Shown piece by piece: positions 57,534 to 64,000 of a stretch of DNA of 64,000 nucleotides. The stretch spans positions 32,001 to 96,000 of the IMG/VR virus record IMGVR_UViG_3300025093_000012. The stretch is one strand, 5' to 3'. The notes under the pieces were generated by a model. The model was not told where the DNA came from, did no database searches, and saw nothing but the letters and a program-made list of their open reading frames with translations. The stretch is from a virus. The position numbers and the translations under genes are program-made. Within the stretch, counting starts at the first letter, position 1; each line of letters begins with the position of its first letter.

Positions 57534-60500
57534 TTAACAGGTAGTGTTATTTCTCCAATGTGGTGCTGTTTTATAATATTGTGCTACAGCTTTACCAGTA
57601 CTACCATTTGCTAAAGCATACCATCTTAAATCTATTAGTTCTAATGATGCTTGTTCATTAACTGCACCTGTAAGTGATGTATACGCTTTAACTGTATTAT
57701 CAAACTCAACACCAGTTGTATTATAAATTTTTATTTGTGATGCAGTTTTAGCTGCTTCAGTACATGCATCAGCTGCATTATTAGAAGTTGGTCTTGCAGG
57801 AGCATATAAAGCTGACCCTACTCCCATTCTTTGTGCACCTGCACTAGTTGGCTCACCTGCTGATCCTGTTGGAGCTAATCCAAACATTCCTCTAAAGTAT
57901 GTTGTTATATCAGTATTTGTAACACTATCTAGATCTGTTCCATTTTCTATATACATGTGAGCTGCTATAAAGAAAGTACTAGCAACATCTTTTAACCCAA
58001 CCATTGTATTACCTGCACCATTTGTTGTTGTACTGTATGGAATGTTTACGGATGCTGTACCTTTTAGTAGATAAGCTTTGAAATCAATTCCAGGATAAGA
58101 TGTACCAAAGTCATAGTATCTTTCTAATCCAAGACTTGCACCATAATATTCTTGATCAGTTAATAATGATGAACCTTGCGCAGCAGCAAAAGTTTGTAAT
58201 GCTACTGCTGAAGTTACACCTGCTGTATCAGAAATTAAACTTACAACAACTTGACTAACTGAAAATGGTATACTAGTAGATATCCACGGGAAACCAGTTT
58301 GTGCTTGACAAGCAATACCCCATGCACTTGTTGGTGCAGCACCTGATGTAATATCAACTATTGCATCATAATCTTCTTCATATTGAGCAACACCTGTACC
58401 ACCATTTGTAGTTGGTTCAACTGGACTTGTCCATGCTGCAGGTGTTGGAACACTAGCTTTACCGTATGTTCCGTTTGCATTTGTTTGACTTACAAAAGAT
58501 ATAATATGTACATCTGGTGGTAATTCAGAACCAGCACCAGACCAATAATCTGGAAGTGTAGCACCACTATTCATTATATCTGTATACCAAGCACCTGAAG
58601 TTGGGTAACTAATTGCAGCTCCATATGTACCCGCTGAATTAAATGATCCTACATTTTCTACACAACCTTTTACATGTTTCAAATAGTCACCTGATTGAGA
58701 ACCATTAAGTGCTACATAATAAAAGTTTGGTTTAGTTCCTCCACTAAATCCTGCTCTTACAGCATTAAATGATTTTTTAATATCTCTTGCATTATCAATT
58801 GTAACACTATTTGTATCAAAGAATACAATTACATCTGTACTAGTATATTTAATATTTTCTGCTGGAAGTATTTTAATATATTTTGTTCCAATAGTTGTTC
58901 CACATTCATTTGTCAATGATATAACAAAACTATCAGCAACCATTTTATCATTGTTTTGAGTATACTCATATACTACTTGAGATGAGGTTGGGAATCCTGA
59001 TTTGAATGCTAATGTACCATGGCTAGGTTGTGTACCTATAGACCAAGTAAATGCACCTGATCCAGCTGTATAACCTACTGCATCAACAGTTATTTCTGTT
59101 ACAACATTTCTTTTAGCGTAGTATACAGGTTGTGGTGTATCTAAATATAAACCATCACATGTACATGAAAATACTACCTGTGGAACTGTCTTAGCTGTTG
59201 AATTAATAGATGCGTAAGCATAGTATAATTGAGAGTTTGGATCAGTAATAGTTCCTAAAAACTTCCATCCACTGTCCAATGTTGATCTAGTTACACTAGC
59301 AGGTGCTAATGGAGAACCTGTTAAACCAGAAATAGTTAAAGGTATTGTACTCCATTTATCATCTAAAAATTCTCCTTGATGATTCCAACCTGTTACACCA
59401 GTGGTAGTTGCTTGAACAACAATAGGTGTATTAGTATCATCAAATCCCATTTGCCACTTAGTTTGAGTTGCGCCATCATTATATGTAGCAATCTCTTTTG
59501 TTGCAGCTCCTTGTTGTAAAAATGATGTGGCGGTTTTCCACTCTGTACTAGAAGGTGTATATACAACAGTACTGCAAACTGGTGCAGTTGTAGATACTAA
59601 CTGTAATGGACATTCAGTTATATGAGTGCTGCCTGTTTGAGTTACTGTAGTTCTTACTCTATATTGTGTGCTAGCTACAAGATTTGTAAATGATCCTGTA
59701 ATATTTGTGCCCATATAAGTAAATGAACGGGAATCTTGTAAAGAACCATTTTTATTTTGTAACTCTACATTAATAATATATCCTTTATTTGCGGGTAATG
59801 TGATACCTCCTACTGTAAAAGGAATCTCAGAAGCTGTAACTGTCCCTATTGTTAAAGTAGGACAAGCCATCTGATTTTCAATACTTATATTCTGTATCTC
59901 TTGACAAGTAGTTACCCCATCTGATGCACAAAATTCTATACGTAGAGAATAGTTACTTCCTAAGTCAAGATTGCCCATTTCACTAGTAGCAATAACATAG
60001 GGTGCATTATTTTGATAATACTCAACATCAACATACTTTACTAAAGTATTTAAAGAAGAATCAGTAATAGTAACTTTAGTTCCTCTTGAATTACATTCAG
60101 TAAATGTTGTTGGTATTTGTGTTTCTTGAAAATCTAATATAATACCAGTTGTATTTCCTGTTGGACCTTTTTGAATTGTTCCTACTACTGAGAATGTAAT
60201 ATCTGAACATGTTGGTTTAGCAACAGTTTCATTTAAATTTTCTACAGCATTTCTTGTGTCATTCATCGTTAACCACAAGTTTTGGAATGACTGAGCCAAA
60301 TTTCTTGGTGTAGTAATCCAACCTCTTATACTTGACATAGTACCTGTACCACTTAATACAGACCTTTGTGAAAGTGCTGGTGTATATGCTACTGCAGTAT
60401 TAATTTGTGTTGGGTCACCTAAAACAGTAGTTAGCTCTCCATAGCTTTGATCAGCAGCAGCAATAGCTTGTGCCATATCTACAGGTGATCTTGAACCAGT

Positions 60501-61094
60501 AAAGTTTGGTACAGCAACACGTCCTGGAGTAGGAAGACCACCACCTCTGCAACAATTTTGCTCAATATAAGTTACTCTATTCTCTAATAAATCTACTCTT
60601 TGATTTAAAGTTGCAATAGAAGAAGCTAATTCACAAATTTGTGTTGCTAAGAAATGAGCATATCCTTTACCTGTTGAGGCATCATGCAACACCATAGAAA
60701 ATACTGGACTAGTACTATTCATGTAATCCATTGCTGCTTTACGCAAACAATCTGGAACAGGGATGACACAAGAACATGGACTCACAGCTGGGGTTGATTG
60801 CTCACAACACTTACACTGTTTATCTATAATATTATTTAAAAGCTCCTGTATTGTATTAGCTCTACCATATTCAGTAATTAAACATGACTGATTCACAGTT
60901 GCTATATCTACTCCTGTTGATGCAGGATTTTCACAACACTCACATAACTTTTCTGCAAGTCTTGCAACTACATCACTAACAGTATCACCTTGACAAATAT
61001 TAACGCATGTTAAATCTGGTCCTTGCCATATAACACAGTTAGAAGACGTATTGTCTGTACATCCGTTATTATTATTTGATTTACTAGGTATCAT
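57534..61094 (-). CDS. putative tail fibre/appendage protein (Cys-rich N-terminus, coiled coil, FN3, Ig-like)
   Basis: SSNCVIWQGPDLTC N-terminus; LNQRVDLLENRV coil; FTNLVASTQYRVR (FN3); QPSHGTL...YEY...DSF (Big/cadherin-like). Confidence 0.65.
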   Translation of the reverse strand: MIPSKSNNNNGCTDNTSSNCVIWQGPDLTCVNICQGDTVSDVVARLAEKLCECCENPASTGVDIATVNQSCLITEYGRANTIQELLNNIIDKQCKCCEQSTPAVSPCSCVIPVPDCLRKAAMDYMNSTSPVFSMVLHDASTGKGYAHFLATQICELASSIATLNQRVDLLENRVTYIEQNCCRGGGLPTPGRVAVPNFTGSRSPVDMAQAIAAADQSYGELTTVLGDPTQINTAVAYTPALSQRSVLSGTGTMSSIRGWITTPRNLAQSFQNLWLTMNDTRNAVENLNETVAKPTCSDITFSVVGTIQKGPTGNTTGIILDFQETQIPTTFTECNSRGTKVTITDSSLNTLVKYVDVEYYQNNAPYVIATSEMGNLDLGSNYSLRIEFCASDGVTTCQEIQNISIENQMACPTLTIGTVTASEIPFTVGGITLPANKGYIINVELQNKNGSLQDSRSFTYMGTNITGSFTNLVASTQYRVRTTVTQTGSTHITECPLQLVSTTAPVCSTVVYTPSSTEWKTATSFLQQGAATKEIATYNDGATQTKWQMGFDDTNTPIVVQATTTGVTGWNHQGEFLDDKWSTIPLTISGLTGSPLAPASVTRSTLDSGWKFLGTITDPNSQLYYAYASINSTAKTVPQVVFSCTCDGLYLDTPQPVYYAKRNVVTEITVDAVGYTAGSGAFTWSIGTQPSHGTLAFKSGFPTSSQVVYEYTQNNDKMVADSFVISLTNECGTTIGTKYIKILPAENIKYTSTDVIVFFDTNSVTIDNARDIKKSFNAVRAGFSGGTKPNFYYVALNGSQSGDYLKHVKGCVENVGSFNSAGTYGAAISYPTSGAWYTDIMNSGATLPDYWSGAGSELPPDVHIISFVSQTNANGTYGKASVPTPAAWTSPVEPTTNGGTGVAQYEEDYDAIVDITSGAAPTSAWGIACQAQTGFPWISTSIPFSVSQVVVSLISDTAGVTSAVALQTFAAAQGSSLLTDQEYYGASLGLERYYDFGTSYPGIDFKAYLLKGTASVNIPYSTTTNGAGNTMVGLKDVASTFFIAAHMYIENGTDLDSVTNTDITTYFRGMFGLAPTGSAGEPTSAGAQRMGVGSALYAPARPTSNNAADACTEAAKTASQIKIYNTTGVEFDNTVKAYTSLTGAVNEQASLELIDLRWYALANGSTGKAVAQYYKTAPHWRNNTTC

Positions 61095-61137
61095 ATATAT
61101 ATATTTTTACAGCTGCAAATTAGAACATGTATACATT

Positions 61138-61151
61138 ATAATATACTGAAA
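61138..61151 (-). promoter_or_regulatory. promoter motif variant TTTCAGTATATTAT
   Basis: Intergenic; shares the GTATATTAT core. Confidence 0.55.
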
Positions 61152-61185
61152 TTTTAATTAACAACCAAGTTGTATTATTACTATC

Positions 61186-61812
61186 TTAACTATCACATTG
61201 TGTATTAGTTTCACATTTTTCTTTTTGTTCTTCAGGCGTTACAGTTATATCAACTCTTTGTTGACTGCAAGCACCTACTGTTTTAATACAGTGACATAGA
61301 TCTAAAACATGCGTTAGACCACCAGTAAAAGTAAACTTGTATAAAAAGTATCCATTTGAATCTGTAACACCTACTTGTTTACCATCTATATAAATAGGAA
61401 AAGAAGGCATTACATTACCTTGATTATCCTTTACATAAATATGCAAACACTCATTATCAGTATTTAATCCATTTATTATACACTTGCCACTTCCTGATGA
61501 ATAACCACAACCAGGTGCTACCCATGTAGGGACAGGAGTCTGGCCCTCAAACCAATGATATGTAGGATCATCAAATTGATCTTTATAAGCAGCAGTATAT
61601 ACTGGAACTTTATTATCATTCCAATCACATATTTCCTTTTTAGTAGAAATCTTTTGTAGTTTATCTAAAGGACAGCATGATGTTAAACCATACCTTTTAG
61701 ATCTCATGTCCCTAAATATTAAATCAGCAAACTCTTGTTCTATGCTGATTTTCTTTAATATTTCTAGATCACTTTTGTTACTCATTTTAATAGTTTTAAA
61801 TGTTAGCAACAA
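61186..61812 (-). CDS. Cys-rich structural protein with C-terminal Ig/PEGA-like segment; start probably MSNKSD
   Basis: IYVKDNQGN...IYIDGKQVGVTDSNG pattern; structural context. Confidence 0.5.
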   Translation of the reverse strand: MLLTFKTIKMSNKSDLEILKKISIEQEFADLIFRDMRSKRYGLTSCCPLDKLQKISTKKEICDWNDNKVPVYTAAYKDQFDDPTYHWFEGQTPVPTWVAPGCGYSSGSGKCIINGLNTDNECLHIYVKDNQGNVMPSFPIYIDGKQVGVTDSNGYFLYKFTFTGGLTHVLDLCHCIKTVGACSQQRVDITVTPEEQKEKCETNTQCDS

Positions 61813-62381
61813 ACGTCACACGTAATTTTTTTCAATTTCTTCTTTGCAAAATTATATAATTCTAATCCTTCATTTGGACTCTGGCAATATTCAACTTTAG
61901 CTACAGCAGCATCAATAAGTGTTCTTATATATTTCATCTCTGCCATTACTTGCTGAAATTCAGAAGAAGGTTGACATGGTTGAACATCCAACTCACATAA
62001 CTTCTTATAATAAGTTGTAAGAATTTCTGTAACTCTTAAATGATTATATTCTACATATACTTTATCATTTGGTGATACACTATACTTTATAATGTATATA
62101 CCATCATTAATAGAACTTCTTGTAGATGAACAGCTTGTTGTCTGTAATCCCAAAGAACATGCTGTTAGATTTAACCTTCCAAAAGTTTCCCAGTTGCCAT
62201 CAGCATCTTTAACAATACTTGTTTTAATTAAACGTGGAGAGTTATATCCTGGTGCTGTTATCAATAGCTCAGCACAATCTACTCCTAGATCTTCATTATA
62301 ATCACTTGTATCAACTATAGGTAATATCTCACAATTAGAACTGTGAGGTATATCTAGACTTAAAATATGCTTGCCAGCCAT
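61803..62381 (-). CDS. virion structural protein (tail hub/adaptor candidate)
   Basis: 192 aa; DGIYIIKYSV motif; context between capsid-region and tail genes. Confidence 0.5.
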   Translation of the reverse strand: MAGKHILSLDIPHSSNCEILPIVDTSDYNEDLGVDCAELLITAPGYNSPRLIKTSIVKDADGNWETFGRLNLTACSLGLQTTSCSSTRSSINDGIYIIKYSVSPNDKVYVEYNHLRVTEILTTYYKKLCELDVQPCQPSSEFQQVMAEMKYIRTLIDAAVAKVEYCQSPNEGLELYNFAKKKLKKITCDVCC

Positions 62382-62414
62382 AGAATTTAATTTTAAAATG
62401 CATAGTACTCATTA

Positions 62415-62428
62415 ATAATATACAAAAA
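62415..62428 (-). promoter_or_regulatory. recurring phage promoter motif TTTTTGTATATTAT
   Basis: Exact copy, directly downstream of a terminator. Confidence 0.65.
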
Positions 62429-62444
62429 TTACTTGATTAAAGGA

Positions 62445-62476
62445 AATAAAAAGGGAGCAGATTTTTCTGCCCCCTT
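62445..62476 (-). terminator. intrinsic terminator
   Basis: AAGGGGGCAGA-AAAA-TCTGCTCCCTT stem followed by a T-rich tail. Confidence 0.75.
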
Positions 62477-62503
62477 CTTAATTAATGTATATAGTGTCAA
62501 CTA

Positions 62504-64000
62504 TTAATAATCACCACCCTTAGCTTCAAGGTCTGCAGCAGAGCTAACAATACCTGAACCGTCAAGTTTGTGAACACCAGCATCAATTGCAATAGCTAAC
62601 CAGTCAGCATCTAAACTTGTGATGACTGCAGCAGCACCTGAACATGGAACATAAACTCTATATAAGTACTGATCATTATCAAACACACCACTTGGGTTGT
62701 TAAATCGTGGAACATTGTGAAGTAAGTTATATACTCTATATTTACCTCTACATGGAGCAGAAGTAGCATCTCTTCCTACCTTATCAACAATACCAGCTAA
62801 TTGTTCAATTTCTCTAAATCTAGCTGAATCTTTGTTACCTTGGTTGTAAGGATTTTGCTTGTATCTTTCAGTTAAAAGAATATCTCTAGCAGCAGTTTCT
62901 GCAGAAGTTCTTCTTTGTTTGAAATCAGCAACGTTAGGAGTAGTAGCTCCACCGCCACCATCAGTACCAGCAACAACATCATCTCCAACATTTACAAATC
63001 CTTGACATGGGATACATGCTTGACCAGTTTCATCTTGTAAGCTAGCAATAGCTTTAAGACCACCCATCAAGTAGAAATCTCTTGTATCAAAAGAACAAGA
63101 AGAGAACTGAGTTTGTAACTCACAACTTGTTTTAAGTCTAATAACTACTCTATAGTCAGTAGAAGAAACAATACCGTTTGCAGTACCTTCAGCATTAGGT
63201 GCAATTGCAACAAGAACTGGAAGTGCATTAGCACCTGCAGTAGAACGTACACCTAATCCACCACCTGCATAGATAGCAGTTTCCATAGCTGCTGATGCTT
63301 TGTGATAAACAGTTGTAGCATTACCAGAACCGTTAGCACCAGAAGACTCACTAACCCATAATTCAGCAGTACCAAATTGGCTAAGAATTGGATCAGCATT
63401 AAACTGATCTTTTACATTCATTGCTACAATAGATACAGGAATACCAGAGTGAGTAACAGTGTTAGCTCCAACAGTAGTTGCTCCTTGAGCTGCACAACAC
63501 ATATCTACACCATTAGCAGGAAGTGTTGCTCCAGCAGGAGGTAAAGGTAAAGAACCGTTTAAAGAAGCATAAGCATTGTGATTTAAGAATCTTAATGCAG
63601 CAGTACCTTTAATATCAATTCTAAAGATTGGATCAGTACCACATGGGAAACAAGACTCAGAGAATCCAGTGTTTGCAGTAACTTCACCAATAGTTTCGTG
63701 TCTTGTATTTTTAAATTCAATAACTTGAACTGCAGAAGTTTCATCTTCACATGTAGAAATCCACATATCAGAGATGTACTTCTTAAGAATCATTTTAGAT
63801 TTAGATGATTCTGCATAACCACCATGACCAGGATTGTTACCAATTCTGTCATTTGTTTGGAATGATGCTTGAGCAATGTAGAAACCACCTTGTGTAGTAG
63901 CTACATCAGCTGCATCCATTACCTTGAAATTGCTGTTTACAAATGCAACCTCTCCTACAACAGAAAGATCAGCAGATGTTTGCGTATTATCTTGCTCATG
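62504..64000 (-). CDS. abundant virion structural protein (auxiliary capsid-type candidate), 5' end outside the window
   Basis: Frame stays open from 63919 to 64000 (HEQDNTQTSADLSVVGEVAFVNSNFKV precedes the listed Met); Ala/Gly-rich; followed by a strong terminator. Confidence 0.6.
   Translation of the reverse strand, partial: HEQDNTQTSADLSVVGEVAFVNSNFKVMDAADVATTQGGFYIAQASFQTNDRIGNNPGHGGYAESSKSKMILKKYISDMWISTCEDETSAVQVIEFKNTRHETIGEVTANTGFSESCFPCGTDPIFRIDIKGTAALRFLNHNAYASLNGSLPLPPAGATLPANGVDMCCAAQGATTVGANTVTHSGIPVSIVAMNVKDQFNADPILSQFGTAELWVSESSGANGSGNATTVYHKASAAMETAIYAGGGLGVRSTAGANALPVLVAIAPNAEGTANGIVSSTDYRVVIRLKTSCELQTQFSSCSFDTRDFYLMGGLKAIASLQDETGQACIPCQGFVNVGDDVVAGTDGGGGATTPNVADFKQRRTSAETAARDILLTERYKQNPYNQGNKDSARFREIEQLAGIVDKVGRDATSAPCRGKYRVYNLLHNVPRFNNPSGVFDNDQYLYRVYVPCSGAAAVITSLDADWLAIAIDAGVHKLDGSGIVSSAADLEAKGGDY

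Noticed and set aside
5947-62301. Numerous 60-150 aa ORFs antisense to, or nested out of frame in, the large genes (for example 12807-13160, 41277-41726, 47732-48058)
   Set aside because: Shadow ORFs of long coding frames with unnatural composition, no motifs and no independent expression signals.
1-64000. Stop-codon reassignment (TAG or TGA), known in some crAss-like phages
   Set aside because: ORFs up to 15 kb are intact in the standard code, and TAG ends genes at tight junctions (for example 6422, 30763, 55089).
1-64000. CRISPR array, tRNAs, integrase/transposase, diversity-generating retroelement
   Set aside because: Intergenic gaps are at most about 130 nt. I saw no spaced direct repeats, cloverleafs, recombinase motifs or reverse-transcriptase motifs.
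62504-64000. Calling the edge gene the major capsid protein
   Set aside because: No HK97-fold signature was recognisable and the gene is truncated, so it is left as an unspecified structural protein.

Overview
A 64 kb AT-rich segment of a large tailed bacteriophage with Crassvirales (crAss-like) architecture. The host is probably a Bacteroidota member, inferred from AT-rich ribosome-binding regions without Shine-Dalgarno motifs and a TAnnTTTG promoter box. Almost everything is one minus-strand late/virion region. In transcription order it carries: a capsid-region structural gene cut by the window edge; Cys-rich tail/fibre genes; a metallophosphoesterase; an IHF/HU-like gene; two ring-type tail genes; a 2555-aa muzzle/stabilisation protein with VWA and lectin-like inserts; three modular cargo proteins (2335, 1117, 1542 aa); a 1140-aa cargo protein; a 5029-aa virion RNA polymerase (DFDID) fused to a zincin; a 1883-aa PD-(D/E)xK protein; a spanin-like gene; and small basic proteins. 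A short plus-strand island encodes a class II B12-dependent ribonucleotide reductase. The standard genetic code fits. The most notable signal is a recurring linker, roughly [KR]xGG[SD]LPxAQxG. It divides the three modular cargo proteins into effector cassettes: three zincins, two lysozyme-like domains, three LysM, an L,D-transpeptidase-like domain and pre-toxin-like hairpins. Shorter forms recur in small basic proteins. This suggests a virion-delivered, proteolytically processed, shufflable effector polyprotein system. All family assignments come from motif recognition by eye; no database search was run.
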